DNA from: a virus
Lineage: Duplodnaviria; Caudoviricetes
Length of the DNA: 64,000 nucleotides
Virus record (IMG/VR): IMGVR_UViG_3300012344_000011
Coordinates: 75,825-139,824 of that record
Strand: one strand, 5' to 3'
The notes beneath the pieces are model-generated. The model was given only the letters and a program-made list of their open reading frames with translations. It had not been told where the DNA came from and made no database searches. How positions within the stretch are numbered: the first letter of the stretch is position 1; the number at the start of each line of letters is the position of its first letter. Below are positions 14,492-26,078 of this stretch, in pieces. Made by a program: the position numbers and the translations under genes.

Positions 14492-15946
14492 TTAGACATT
14501 GTTAAACAAAGAAGCTAATTTTAAATTTATTTTAACTTCTGAAGCATAAACTTTTTCAATAGCAGGAATCGTTTTCGCAAGTCGATCTTCTATTACAATA
14601 TCTTTTTTTCTAAGGTTGCTATTTCCAACAGAAAGCTTGACCTGCTCTCTTAAAGAATAAAAATCAGTCTTAATTCCATTGATTGACATATAGGTTTTAA
14701 AATCATTCGTCATTTTTTTCAACAAATCATACAAAGAATAAATTTTATTATTGACTATAATAAGAGCTGCAAAATCAAGTTCTGCACCGCTACCAGATAA
14801 TGCGCGTAATGCAGCACTATATTTTCCATATTCAACCATTGTTCTTCAAGACTCTAAAGCTTTCCTATAAATAGAAGAGGCATTTCCTGTATCTCTTGCA
14901 CCCCAAACTGCTTCCCAATGTCTCTTGGAAGAATCTGATTTTTTTCCTGCTAAAGAGAATGCATCAGCAATATATCTACCAATATTATATCTTGAATGTA
15001 AATTATTAATATATCCTTTACCAGACAAAACTTCTTCTCGTTGAGCTAATTTTATAGATGCACCAAATCTATAACTAATTTCATTTTGGGTCCAAGTAAG
15101 TTCAATGTCTTCTTTTGCATCGTGACCATATAATTCTTTACCTTTTTGTCCTGTTTGTTGTGCGCTTACTATACCACCACTTGCGGAAAAAGCAGCGTCA
15201 ATTGCTTTTTTTCCTTCTGTGTCAAATTTATCTCTTGCTAGATTGATAGCGTGAGCCGCAACTGGTTCATACATTACACCCATAATAGCACTAAAACATC
15301 CTTGCACACTTTTTATTATACTATCAATTTCATCTTGTGAAGAGGGTTTCTCTCCTTTAGATATATTATCTAACTTATTAATATTTTCTCTAAGTCTAGA
15401 CACACTTTTTTTAACATTAACATCACTTATCTCAGATTCTAATCCAGAAATATAATAAGTATCTTTTTTAGTTTTTAGTATTTTTGAAATATTTGATGGA
15501 ACGCCAGTATATGCTTCTTTTAATGCGGCTATAGTAATATCTTTACTAAATTTACCTAAAACATCAATTGAAGATTGTAAATTTTCTCTAATGGTTCTAT
15601 TTATTTTTGCAGCTTGTTCAGGGATTTTTACTTCAATTTCTCCATCAGTCCTAAACCTAGAATTACCAAGACCTGCGCCAGTGTATAAACCAGTACTTTT
15701 ATTGCCACCATCTTTAAAATTCAAATTATTAATTTGTTCTATAATACTAGAACCAACTTGACCATTGGTAGAAAATGCTTCTAACAAACTTATTATTTTT
15801 TCATCCTTAATTCCAGTATTCTTATTATAAGCTCTAAACCTATTCAAAAATTCTTCTAGTATCTTTGTTTTAGCAGAATTTATGTCAAATATATAGGCAT
15901 TTGGTCCATCATAATTTTTTAAACTCCAGTGTATATAAGTAGTCAC
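14492..15946 (-). CDS. Hypothetical protein, ~484 aa; TGA=Trp at 14846
   Basis: 14846..15946 and 14492..14839 are in frame (KALES-W-RTMVEY); AAAGGAGG RBS before the GTG start. Confidence 0.7.
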
Positions 15947-15968
15947 GTTACCTCCTTTCCCCGCATAT

Positions 15969-15999
15969 AAAAAAAAGAGGAACTCACAAGAGTTCCTCT
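15969..15999 (-). terminator. Intrinsic terminator after tail tube gene
   Basis: AGAGGAACTC-TTGT-GAGTTCCTCT plus T-run. Confidence 0.75.
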
Positions 16000-16018
16000 C
16001 CTTTCTTGGATAAAATTA

Positions 16019-18030
16019 TTAAGCTTGATTCCATCCACTAACTTTAGTCTCATCAGCACCAGCGCCTTCACGACCATCTTCTGTTGTCTTAGCATCAGTA
16101 TGTCCTGAAGCACTTGAAATAGTATCAATAATATCAATGGCATAGAGAACCTTACCAGACTCACCACGGACCTTACCAAGAGTACAATCAATAGTAAAGT
16201 CAAATGTGGAGGGATCGCCAGTTGCAGCCATATTGAATGTAAAGTTACCCTGAATCTTACCTTTTGGAATAATGAATGTCGCAGGGAAGTCTTTACCAGT
16301 ACCTTCATCACGGAATAGGGTTTCAGCTTCAATATAGAAAGTACCACCAAAGTTTTCTGCATCAACAGTAAGAGTTGTTACAGGCATATCTGTTGTTGCA
16401 TAGCAGTCAACTAAGCAAGTACGTCCATTATATTTGGCAATATCTTTAACATTAGCGGGAGCAAGAGTTATTACTAAACCATCGGTAGTATTAGCAGTAA
16501 CATCATCAATTTCACCTTTACTAATATATTCAACAACGCCACTACCGTTATTATCTAAAATCATAGCATAAATTTGATACTCTTCTGAAGTACCAATAGT
16601 TAAATCTCCGCCTTCTACTTTAGCAGAATCAGCTACATAGATCTCATATCCAGTAAAATCGTCTGCTTTAACAGTAATTTTAGCACTTGTCACACCGCTA
16701 TCTCCAGAAGTAACATCTACAGTGCCCTCAAGCGTTAGGTGAACCTTCTTAGCCTTCTTTTCTTGGTTAACAACACCAGCGCCAGAAAGCATTGAGAAAG
16801 AAATTGGAGATAAAAGTGCTTCTGTAATTGTAAACGTTGCCGTTTTTTCACCTCGTTGTATTCCAATAAGTTCGTTACTCTCATTGCGTTCTCTCATGAA
16901 CTGCTGCACCTTTATTTATACGTGCAGATTAGACTATATCTTCATCCTGCTTTGCAGGAGTTTCGCACTTCGACCGCACTTGCGGCCTACGTCCCTGTGG
17001 ACTAGTCGTTGAACCTTCTTTGTTTTAAACAATTCTCTCGTTGAGTTATTTTTTGTAAATTATTCAAATGATTATTAGATGGGTTTCCATCAATATGATC
17101 AATGACAAAGCCATCTAAATCAAAATCATTATGAAAAGTACAATAAACAAGTCTATGCACATAGTAATGTTTTTTATTATTAAAACTTACTCTAACATAT
17201 TTTTGGTTTTTATCTAAATATAACAACCTATTGGTTTTATTATTTTTTACTCTACCAAAAGATGAAACCGAGTACATATTGTTCTCTTGGAAAACCATTC
17301 ATTCTTCACCTTCTAAGTTTTCTAGGTGATACCTAGGAGGTCTTGGGTTATGCTTTTTTATAGCTTTATGTTCTGCGCAATTCTCTTGCGCATCAACCCA
17401 TTTTAGGTTTTCTTTCTTATTATTCAATTTATTTTCATCTATATGATGAACATATGGTAAATTTTTTAGGTTTGGAATAAAATATTCAGCAACAAGTCTA
17501 TGAGCATAAACCATTTTAGATAATTTCCTTTTAGATGTTGAAACCTTATCTTGAATAGCTAATGCATACACTTTATAACCTGTATTATCTATTTTTCCTT
17601 TTAAAAATCTAGATGTTTTTTTACTATATAATCTACCATCAGAATAAATCAAATAATCTGAATCTTCTTTTAATTGTTTAAAATCAAAGCTTGGCTGCTG
17701 ATTGTCTTGCATAAAACCTCCTTTATTTCATACTCAATATAATATAACATAAAAAAGTCTTTTGTCAAGAGTTCCCAGCAATTCACGAAATTTTTCTATA
17801 GCGTATTACTACGCTACCTGAGCTAGTGTAAAACAATCCCAGGCAATTAGACGAGCATTACCACGCCCACCTTGCGCGTAGACTGTGGTAGTTGCGACTT
17901 CCATATTAGAAGCTGTTGCTGTATCAATATAAAGGCAAGGCTGATATGGCTCAAAGTGTTGAGAGCCAATGTCCATCGCTGCTAAAGGACGAAAAGTAAC
18001 ATTAGCAATATCGCGTACACCAAATCGCAT
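16019..18030 (-). CDS. Major tail tube protein split by a group I intron (exons ~17836-18030 and 16019-~16852)
   Basis: Exon 1 MRFGVRDIANVTF...AQGGRGNARLIAW joins GEKTATFTITEALLSP...IPKGKIQGNFTFNMAATGDPSTFDFTID; position in the tail module. Confidence 0.8.
16853..17835 (-). mobile_element. Group I intron in tail tube gene, carrying an HNH endonuclease
   Basis: P GAATTGCTGGGAA, Q AATCAGCAGCC, R GGTTCAACGACTAG and S GAAGATATAGTCT in order. Junction uncertain by 1 nt. Confidence 0.85.
17002..17712 (-). CDS. Intron-encoded tandem NUMOD4/HNH homing endonuclease; TGA=Trp at 17299
   Basis: AHRLVAEYF..VHHIDENKLNN; GEE-W-MVFQENNMYSVSSFGRV (NUMOD4 EEW); VHRLV..IDHIDGNPSNNHLNNL. Own promoter (TTGACA ~17768) and AGGAGG RBS inside the intron. 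Confidence 0.85.
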
Positions 18031-18174
18031 ATTTTTTCCTCCTTAAAAGAAAATAAATTATAACTTATTTTTTAAGATTTTTAATATTATAATATCCTTG
18101 TAATCAAACAGACACGCGCTATCCATTTGACTCTTATATATATAAACTAGATTAAGGCACATCTAGATTATAAA

Positions 18175-18924
18175 CTAATAAATGTTTGCAGACCAATCGT
18201 CAGGTTCTTCCATTTTTGAAACATCCATCATTGGAGTAGTAGAAACCTTCTGATATAAATCACTGCTAACTTTTTTCCAATAACGATTAAAAGCATTCTG
18301 TAATTGAAAAGGAGTATAATTATAAAGTATGTTTATATCCATATTCATTCCAATAGAAAGAATAGAAGTATAAGAACCAAATAAAGTTGCTTTCTCTGAC
18401 TCTTGCGGTCCAGATTTCATAGCCTGGATCTTTTCGTGAGCTTTCTGAAACTTTTTAGCCAACTCCGCAGCTTTACCATTTACAGGATTATAATCTTTGC
18501 CACCTGAGCCAATTAAAAATAAATTCTTAATAACTTCTTTAAAAGCTTCAACATTGAATGGATTGATCATACCGACCCGTTTATCTTCTTGTTTAAATTC
18601 AATATCCTCTTCAATATTTACTTCGTAATTAGGAAAAACTAAAATAAAAAATTTATCGATACTTTCTTTTAAAAAACCATCTTGTCGCATCAAAGCAACA
18701 TAAATCTGATAATCTGTATAATTATTCAAATCAGGATTACCTTCTTTGATTTTTTCAATATGTGATTCTGGTTTTCCAAGAAAGTTCGCAGCTAATAAAA
18801 AATCACTTTCTCCAAAAGCAACAATCTGTTTTATAGAAGGCTGAATTGCAATAATATTGCAAGCCTTAATAGGAACAGGCTGTCCACTCAAATATAAAGC
18901 AATATCGTCTCCTTTTAACGCCAT
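18175..18924 (-). CDS. Tail-module hypothetical protein
   Basis: Intact 249-aa ORF with GAGGTG RBS; position. Confidence 0.6.
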   Translation of the reverse strand: MALKGDDIALYLSGQPVPIKACNIIAIQPSIKQIVAFGESDFLLAANFLGKPESHIEKIKEGNPDLNNYTDYQIYVALMRQDGFLKESIDKFFILVFPNYEVNIEEDIEFKQEDKRVGMINPFNVEAFKEVIKNLFLIGSGGKDYNPVNGKAAELAKKFQKAHEKIQAMKSGPQESEKATLFGSYTSILSIGMNMDINILYNYTPFQLQNAFNRYWKKVSSDLYQKVSTTPMMDVSKMEEPDDWSANIY

Positions 18925-18935
18925 TTATCTCACCT

Positions 18936-19532
18936 CTATTGGGGAGTGTAAATGTCTTCAAATTTTTCTTCATCATCAGAGCCATGTGTGGCAATGTATC
19001 TTAATATCATACCACCCCAGTTTTCATCAAGTACAACTTGTGAAGCGCCCATAAATTGAAGTGTTCCAATTCCACTTAGCCGACTTTCATTGAGAATACC
19101 ATCAATGTATCCAGCAATTTGATGCGGCCGCAGCTTATAATCATCTAGCTCCCATTCATCAAGATGACATAGAATTGTAAAATTAATAGTACAATCACGA
19201 TACTGCGCATTAGAAGTTGGAATAAAATCGTCAAATTCTAGGAGAATAGAAGATTTAATATATTCATGATTTCCAAATTGAAATCTTGGAACAGTGCTAA
19301 TATATTGTTCTTCTTTTAGTTTTTTAAGATTAAAATTATCAATAATCTTTTGATATTCAGGATTATCGCCTAAACAATCAGGTTTATTAATAATCAATAA
19401 TCTTTTTAACATATCGCTGTAAGGACGACTTTCAATAAACAGCTTCCTTAAAATTGTTTCAGTATCTTTCTCGCAAGAGAGGAAACTTGCTTTAAAATCT
19501 TTAGGAAGCATTCTACTTCTTATAGTTGGCAT
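18936..19532 (-). CDS. Putative tail completion/terminator protein
   Basis: 198 aa, LRPHQIAGYIDGILNESRLSGIGTLQF; upstream of tail tube. Confidence 0.55.
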   Translation of the reverse strand: MPTIRSRMLPKDFKASFLSCEKDTETILRKLFIESRPYSDMLKRLLIINKPDCLGDNPEYQKIIDNFNLKKLKEEQYISTVPRFQFGNHEYIKSSILLEFDDFIPTSNAQYRDCTINFTILCHLDEWELDDYKLRPHQIAGYIDGILNESRLSGIGTLQFMGASQVVLDENWGGMILRYIATHGSDDEEKFEDIYTPQ

Positions 19533-19541
19533 AATCCCTCC

Positions 19542-20423
19542 TTACAAAGATAATATATTAATAGGAAGAGTAAATTTCTCTTCGCCTACAGAATAAACTA
19601 AGCTAAAAGAACCTGTGCGGCCAGTGATAATCTCAAGTCTACAAGTTCCATTTTCTTGCTTCAAAATTTCTGCGCAAGAAGGATCACTAATGGAATACTC
19701 TCCGCCCGCAATATCAATAGTGTAAGCTTGAATATCATATGGATATACATTAGTTTCTCCTTTGATATCATAGGTTGGAGGAGCAACTTCAATGATTTCT
19801 GGTATATCCTCTGTAATACTATCAAAATATTCATTTACTTCTAATTCAATTATGCCCGGAACAGTAATAGAATCTACAACTTTTATTTGCCAATTATGTC
19901 CGTTAAGTTTGATTATAGTAAATCTATTAAAGTAGTCTAAGGTCTCTTGGGTTCTTTTTATATATACAGTACCAGAGTAGTTCAAATCATTCCAATTTAC
20001 ATTTTGCTTCAAATTTCATCTAATAGCAGTCTCTATTGGACCTTGAAAATAAACCCAATAGGCATTGTCATTGATAGTTAGCTGATATCGACAACGAATA
20101 ATTTCTGCTCTTAGATAAGCAATCTCTGTTAGAATTGGTAAATATACCATCCAAGTCGTATCATCATCAATACATCGAAAGGTATCACCAGATTGCAAAT
20201 TATATTTGAACTCTACTGATACATATTTTTTATCATAATCTGGTTTCAAATTATTTGTATTAATAAGACACTGACAATGAGTGCCATTTTCTAATTCAAT
20301 TTCTCTTGAATTATAATCATTTTTCAAAGCCGCTAAAAAAGAATTAAGTTTTTGTTTCTTTATACGACCAAGATTATTTCCACCTGCATAGTCAATTCTT
20401 GTTTTCAAGGTAGCTAAAGACAT
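19542..20423 (-). CDS. Putative head closure/neck protein; TGA=Trp at 20016
   Basis: Two ORFs in frame: GPIETAIR-W-NLKQNVNWNDLNYSG; GAGGTG RBS before MSLATLK. Confidence 0.7.
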
Positions 20424-20434
20424 TCTTATCACCT

Positions 20435-20746
20435 CTAAACAATTTCTTTTTGAATACTTTGCACTATTGAGCAGCATTCAAAAATTGCTCTGCGGAATAA
20501 TATAAATTCAATCTCATTCTTTGTACTATATAATCCTTGCAGTTTTGCAAGTAAAGTAAAATATTTTTCATTTTTAGGAAACAATGAAGCTAAGCCCGCG
20601 ACCTCAATAAGAATCGTCTCTAATGGCTTTACCCAATCTTCCCCTTCTTCGTTTGCGGGAAGCAAGCGAAAAATTTGATTTGTTAATCTTCTTAAATTAG
20701 AGCATAATACCTCATTGTCTACATTATTATTATAAATCGTTTCCAT
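20435..20746 (-). CDS. Hypothetical neck-region protein
   Basis: 103-aa ORF starting immediately after the upstream gene's TAA. Confidence 0.65.
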   Translation of the reverse strand: METIYNNNVDNEVLCSNLRRLTNQIFRLLPANEEGEDWVKPLETILIEVAGLASLFPKNEKYFTLLAKLQGLYSTKNEIEFILFRRAIFECCSIVQSIQKEIV

Positions 20747-22314
20747 TTAGTTAACCTCCATTATTTTACTGAAGGTTGATTTAAAGCTACCGTCTTTACC
20801 AATCTCTCTGCGGCAATATAGCCTTTGTAAATGAAAACCTCTAGATTCATATTCTTTTTTCATAGCAACAAGTTGTTTGATGTGACTAGCTTGACTTGTA
20901 AATTTAAAATCTGCATTTGTTATCCTATAAGCTTTTTATCTTATAGCTCTTATGCTTCCTATTCGCATAAGGTCGGCATATCTTTTTACCCTTTTGGGGT
21001 ATTCAGTCTCGTGGGATATTTATCTTTTTGGCTGTATTTTTCTAGATATTCAAAATATCTTTTCTTTTTCCTTGGTAAAGAAATATAATCATTATCATAA
21101 AAAATTTTACCTAAAGTAAAACTATCTTTTTTGTTATAAGTCATATAATAAGCATTATGTTTATGTCTTTCATCTACATGAATATTCCTCAATGTAACAG
21201 AATAATTTTCACTTAAAAAAATATTTATATCTTCTAATAAAGATCTACTTGCACAGACTATATTCATTCTAACTCTTTTTTCTTTTTTAAGCTCATATAA
21301 ACTACCATCACCATCAAAGAAACCTCTAATAAAATCTATTTTATACTCAAATGGTAAATCAGGTATTCTCTCTAATTTGAAAGTTTTGTTACTCACAATA
21401 CCATAAGATTCCATCGTTTTTCTAATTTTTTCAGAGGTAAAAGCTAATGAAACGTAAGGATGTCCATTCGTTGATAGATACTCATGAATTTCTCCTGCAT
21501 ATTGAAGTTCATTCTTTATCGTTTCAAGCAAATCTTTATCTTTTTTTTGTAAAGATAATATAACTCTATTTTGTGCACCTCTGGTTGAAGGCAAATAACC
21601 ATCAGCCGCATACATACCCAATAACCAAGCTCCATTATGACTTTCAAAATTATAGTTATCATTAATAGAGAATTTTCTCAAATCAGGTTTAAGTCTATTA
21701 CCAACGGCTCTAGCTTCTGCGGCATTCCTGATATATACGTTATTTTCTTTTAGAATATTCTTTACTTTTTCTTCACCAAAAGGTAGACTCAGTTCTTTTA
21801 CGATTCTTGTTCTACCATATTTTTTATTTTCATATAAATCAATGATTTTGTCTTGTAGCTCTTTTGGAACTGTTATTTTTGCCATAAAAGTTTTTCTCCT
21901 ATGCTCTGCACGTGTCAATGCTTTTAAACAAAGACTTCCGTTCGGGTTAGCATCTCAGCTTTCCTGTTTTTACTGAAATTATATTTATTTATTTCTAAAT
22001 AAAAGGACCAGACTCGATCCGCTATATTTTTGTCTAACATTATCAACTGTTGCTAGTTGATAACCAATCCACTCCGCAATCATATATTGACGAATAATCA
22101 TCATTTCTTCTGTTGTTAAATCATCATCAAATTCACGACTGTCTAAGTCAACTTCTAATAGATTTTTATTCTTTGGAAATTCAAAGGATGGGAGTGCTGC
22201 TAATAGAATTTCATCTAGGATTTGTTTGGTATCTTCTTCTGTAAGTTCAAGATACATATCATCAGTGATTCCAGCTAGGAAGAAGTCCTCCATTTCATCA
22301 AAAGATGTAGCCAT
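20747..22314 (-). CDS. Putative head-tail connector split by a group I intron (exons 22017-22314 and 20747-20913)
   Basis: Splicing GGAT|CAGAT restores RQKYSGSDFKFTSQASHIKQL...IMEVN-stop. Confidence 0.75.
20914..22016 (-). mobile_element. Group I intron carrying a LAGLIDADG endonuclease
   Basis: 5' exon ends in U with P1 GGAT/GTCC, P10 TCTG/CAGA, terminal G at 20914; core GAAAGCTGAGATGCTAACCCG, GAGACTGAA, AAGATATGCC. Confidence 0.85.
20986..21888 (-). CDS. Intron-encoded double-motif LAGLIDADG homing endonuclease
   Basis: AWLLGMYAADGYL and FIRGFFDGDGSL motifs; likely start MAKITVP after an AGGAG RBS. Confidence 0.85.
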   Translation of the reverse strand, partial: FMAKITVPKELQDKIIDLYENKKYGRTRIVKELSLPFGEEKVKNILKENNVYIRNAAEARAVGNRLKPDLRKFSINDNYNFESHNGAWLLGMYAADGYLPSTRGAQNRVILSLQKKDKDLLETIKNELQYAGEIHEYLSTNGHPYVSLAFTSEKIRKTMESYGIVSNKTFKLERIPDLPFEYKIDFIRGFFDGDGSLYELKKEKRVRMNIVCASRSLLEDINIFLSENYSVTLRNIHVDERHKHNAYYMTYNKKDSFTLGKIFYDNDYISLPRKKKRYFEYLEKYSQKDKYPTRLNTPKG

Positions 22315-22330
22315 TACACACCTCCCTATA

Positions 22331-22888
22331 TTACTCTTCTACCCTACGAACCTTCCCCTGTTCTTTCTCTGTAGAACCAACTCTGCGGCCAGTAGGTTTA
22401 TTTTCTTTGACCTCTTGGTCATCTTGTTTTGACTGCTCAATTAAATTAATCATAGAAGTAATGTTTCTACCAGTAGCCTTTGTGATTGCGTCTCGTTTTG
22501 CTACGTCATTAAGTTTCATCTGAACAGCTTTAGATACGATCATATCTACAATACCTTCTGGGGCAAAATCTAAAGCATCTTTAAGCGCGTCTAAAGAACC
22601 ATAAATAAGAATCGCCTCAACATCTTTTTCTGTCCAATTATATTCATGAGCTAATAGATCATCACTGATACCAAATTCTTTTGCTAGCTCCGCATTCTTA
22701 ACACTAAGACATTCATCTAAAAGAACACCGCCGCCTTTAGTGTAATGTAATGCGCGTAGCTCAGCCGCACTAACTTTTACAATAGCTTGACCAGGAAGAA
22801 CTCTACGTTTACCTTCATAAGAAATATACCCAACAGTATGATCAGTTAAGTTCTGAATCTCAATCAATTCATTATCATCAACAGCCAT
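22331..22888 (-). CDS. Hypothetical virion-associated protein
   Basis: 185-aa ORF with AAGGAG RBS directly after the capsid gene. Confidence 0.6.
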   Translation of the reverse strand: MAVDDNELIEIQNLTDHTVGYISYEGKRRVLPGQAIVKVSAAELRALHYTKGGGVLLDECLSVKNAELAKEFGISDDLLAHEYNWTEKDVEAILIYGSLDALKDALDFAPEGIVDMIVSKAVQMKLNDVAKRDAITKATGRNITSMINLIEQSKQDDQEVKENKPTGRRVGSTEKEQGKVRRVEE

Positions 22889-22907
22889 TTTTATCTCCTT
22901 TTATCTC

Positions 22908-22936
22908 TAAAAGGGAGGAACGTTATTGTTCCTCCC
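22908..22936 (-). terminator. Terminator after major capsid gene
   Basis: GGGAGGAAC-AATAAC-GTTCCTCCC-TTTT. Confidence 0.7.
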
Positions 22937-22948
22937 CATTATTTTTAA

Positions 22949-24046
22949 TTATTGCCAAGTAGACTCTGTATTACGAGTACTCTTCTTGAGGTTGCTATTC
23001 TTGTAAATACCAATCCAAACTAACTGACCAAGAGAAGCAATAGTACCAACGCCAACCTTAGTGTAAGTCTGAATCTCGCGGCTCCAGTCATCAGTCTGAT
23101 TTTCTACTTCGCGAACCTGAGTCTGACCCTCAAAAACAATCTTAACAGGTTTTTCAGAACCAGTAGGAATTAGGTAAGCTAAGGAAGGATCAACAACCTT
23201 CTCTGCATTAGCATCGCCAATGCCATAAACTAGAGACTGATCAAGAATAATTACATTGTGGCCCTTATACTGACCAAGCCAGTTCTTATTCCAAAGCTCA
23301 TTCTTCATTTCATTAGACATACGAGCATCAGAAGGAATCATCTTGTTAGCAAATTCCTGTGTGCAGTAAATGGTAGCCTTACCATATGTATCAACAATTG
23401 CAAGTAACTCGTCCATAGTCTCTTCATCAAAGCCAGCAAACGTAGCCTTGTTAGCCGCAGGCAAAGAAGAAACCATAGAAGCTAGAGCCTTAATAATCTC
23501 CTGGTAAATTAGTTCATCAAGACCCTCTAACATTAGAGTTGTAAACTCAGAGAACTCCCAACGACCATCAAGGAATTCCTCAAAGCCGATGCGGGCAGCG
23601 CCACCGATAGCACTCGTCTTAATATCAATCTCAGCACCATCAAGCATGAATGTCTCATAACGACCAGCTAAACCGACCTTAGAAACGAAAGACTTAGCAC
23701 GTCTCTTGGACATTTCAGTAACCTTGATACGATAATGGTAAGTATCACCCTGGGGAACAGTAACAGTATCAGCAAACTGTTCGTACTGTGCTTCAACACG
23801 AGGAGGAAGAACTTCATCAATTGTCTGCTCAATAATAGCGAAAATTGTATTCTGATTCTCCTTATAAGCACGATAATTAAACTTATCATTAACATGTGTT
23901 AATGCCTTGAACTGATCACGAAGAGCAGCATTTAATTTCTCACTAGAGTAATTCTCGCCGTTGTAAGAGAAGGCAACGGGAGCATTTTTCTTTGCAGACA
24001 TTGCCGCAACAGATAACTGCTTAGCAGTTTCAAAATCAAAACTCAT
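22949..24046 (-). CDS. Major capsid protein
   Basis: 365 aa, IFAIIEQTIDEVLP..AIGGAARIGFEEFLDGR; strongly biased codon usage; follows scaffold and decoration genes and precedes a terminator. Confidence 0.8.
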   Translation of the reverse strand: MSFDFETAKQLSVAAMSAKKNAPVAFSYNGENYSSEKLNAALRDQFKALTHVNDKFNYRAYKENQNTIFAIIEQTIDEVLPPRVEAQYEQFADTVTVPQGDTYHYRIKVTEMSKRRAKSFVSKVGLAGRYETFMLDGAEIDIKTSAIGGAARIGFEEFLDGRWEFSEFTTLMLEGLDELIYQEIIKALASMVSSLPAANKATFAGFDEETMDELLAIVDTYGKATIYCTQEFANKMIPSDARMSNEMKNELWNKNWLGQYKGHNVIILDQSLVYGIGDANAEKVVDPSLAYLIPTGSEKPVKIVFEGQTQVREVENQTDDWSREIQTYTKVGVGTIASLGQLVWIGIYKNSNLKKSTRNTESTWQ

Positions 24047-24068
24047 TATTATTTCCCTTCCTTCCTAA

Positions 24069-24599
24069 TTAAGCTTCAACGACTTCTAGTTTTACGCCAG
24101 GCTCACCATCGGGCATGGTGTAAACTTTAATAACCTGTAAAGCAACGGGAGCAGTAGCGGCAGCAGCCTTCTTTAATATACCACCCTCACCAACAGTAAC
24201 ATAATCACCAACAACGACAGGAAGCTCAGCCGCATTAGCAAAGCAGTTGGTTGTAAAAGTGTCACCAACAACGAGTTTGATAATGCGAGGAACCATTACG
24301 CCATCAACAAAACGGCTCTCCTCCATTGCGTAATCTTTATGAGCCTGCTTGCGCTCGTCATAAAGCTTCTCTTCATTAAACACCATCCAAGCATTCTTAA
24401 GCTCTTTGGCAAGCTCAAGACAACCCTTAGCCGCATCACGAACAACAAACTGACCGTTCATTAAAGCACCGTCAGCAGACTCTCGAATAGTAGTCTTTGC
24501 CGCATCGCTTAAAGGTAAGTCACCACGCACTTGACCAGTACGAGGAGCAGATAGGAAATTAGGCTCTACATAGCCGTAGCCACTTCTAAAATTAGCCAT
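24069..24599 (-). CDS. Putative capsid decoration/stabilising protein
   Basis: 176 aa between scaffold and capsid; GYGYVEPNFLSA..VGDTFTTN..YTMPDGEPGVK. Confidence 0.65.
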   Translation of the reverse strand: MANFRSGYGYVEPNFLSAPRTGQVRGDLPLSDAAKTTIRESADGALMNGQFVVRDAAKGCLELAKELKNAWMVFNEEKLYDERKQAHKDYAMEESRFVDGVMVPRIIKLVVGDTFTTNCFANAAELPVVVGDYVTVGEGGILKKAAAATAPVALQVIKVYTMPDGEPGVKLEVVEA

Positions 24600-24637
24600 T
24601 ATAACTTATCCCCTTTCAAATATTCTAATCAATTTTC

Positions 24638-26062
24638 TTATTTTGTAGCGCGGAGTGCTTTAACAATAGCCGGCACGTCCGTCATGTCAACTGCTGAGTC
24701 TAAAGAGAAAGTCGTAATAGGACTTGCTTCTTTTTCAGGCTCAGTCTCAGCCTCACCTGTAATCGTTGAAAAATCAACATTCTTATTTACATAAAGTAAA
24801 GCTAACTTAGATTCAATTTCAGATAAAGAGTATTTAGACTTATTCTTAATAATTTCTGCTTTATCTTCATCACTAAGCATATGATATTTAGCAATCAAAG
24901 CATCTTTTTGCTCATTCTCAATACCAAGCTTAAAGCTACGTAAAGCTTCAAGTTCAGAATTTGCTTCAGCTAACTGTGCTTCAATTAAGCTATAATTATT
25001 TTTAAGTTCAGCAAACTGTGTTTCTAATTCTTCTAGACTATGATTTGCGGAAGGCTTCTTTTCATCATCGTCATCGTCAGAATTTTCTGGCTCTTCGTCA
25101 GAATCTTCTTCCTCTTCATCTTCCTTCTTGTCTAGAGCGAAACTGTCCCCAGAGTCACCAACATCACCAGCATCAGCTGCTTCGCTAGATTCACCAGCAT
25201 CGCTAGTCTCGTCAGCTTCGTCCGCAACTTCAGCGTTTTCCTCTTCTGCCATAGGATTAACTTCAACTGGCTCGTCCGCAGGTTTCTCTTCAATTTCCAA
25301 GAGAGAACTATCAACATTGCTGTTACGCTTAATCTCTAATTCTGGATCCATCGTTATCCCTCCTTCACTATACTGTAAAGCTTCTTTTAATTCATTCATC
25401 ATTGTAAATAATGTATTCATAAACAAGGAGTTATCACAAGAAAAATTCTTGCTAACATTCTTTTCTGTTACAGAAGCTCCTTCAAAGCAGGGTTCAACAT
25501 CAGAACCTAATATACACAATTTACTAAACGTTGCATCATTAATTATAAAAAGTTCAACACCAGAATTATAATTTTCTGCCCATTCTCCATCTAAACTTTG
25601 TGAGTCTAATTCCATTGATTGCGGCATACCCTCTTCAAGGACCTTAGCAATCTCAGGAAATTGACCTGTCCAAAGATAACCTTCTGTCATAAGATATTTT
25701 CTCTCTACCTCATTACCAAATCTATCGGTATCAGTGAAATCTTTGAACCAAACCTTAGCATTAGGAGCAACAAAACCATATGGTTGTGTTTTGCAAGAAA
25801 ATTTAATTTCTCCATCCTCAATAGTGATTACCTCACCATGATCTCCAAAGTCGTTTTTTTCTTTTATAAAAGCTGCGACAATAGGAGTCCCAGGGAGAGA
25901 ATTTGCCATATTCTTAGCTACTTCCTCTGTGATATAAGAACCATTGCGATTCTCTCCCACATAGAGTACCTTGATCTCACATTGAGAAATTAATGGATTA
26001 TAGGGTTGAATGTTAATAAATTGCGGTGCCGCAATAGTCTCAACAGACTGATTTCTTAACAT
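24638..26062 (-). CDS. Prohead protease/scaffold protein
   Basis: N-terminal globular domain (YVGENRNGSYI..GYLWT..QSMEL..LCILGSDVEPCFEGA) plus acidic coiled-coil C-terminus; between portal and capsid. Confidence 0.75.
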   Translation of the reverse strand: MLRNQSVETIAAPQFINIQPYNPLISQCEIKVLYVGENRNGSYITEEVAKNMANSLPGTPIVAAFIKEKNDFGDHGEVITIEDGEIKFSCKTQPYGFVAPNAKVWFKDFTDTDRFGNEVERKYLMTEGYLWTGQFPEIAKVLEEGMPQSMELDSQSLDGEWAENYNSGVELFIINDATFSKLCILGSDVEPCFEGASVTEKNVSKNFSCDNSLFMNTLFTMMNELKEALQYSEGGITMDPELEIKRNSNVDSSLLEIEEKPADEPVEVNPMAEEENAEVADEADETSDAGESSEAADAGDVGDSGDSFALDKKEDEEEEDSDEEPENSDDDDDEKKPSANHSLEELETQFAELKNNYSLIEAQLAEANSELEALRSFKLGIENEQKDALIAKYHMLSDEDKAEIIKNKSKYSLSEIESKLALLYVNKNVDFSTITGEAETEPEKEASPITTFSLDSAVDMTDVPAIVKALRATK

Positions 26063-26078
26063 CTAATCTCACTTTCTT

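Noticed and set aside
15943-16365. Overlapping 140-aa ORF or programmed frameshift product of the tail tube gene
   Set aside because: Alternate-frame shadow that runs through a terminator; no convincing slippery site.
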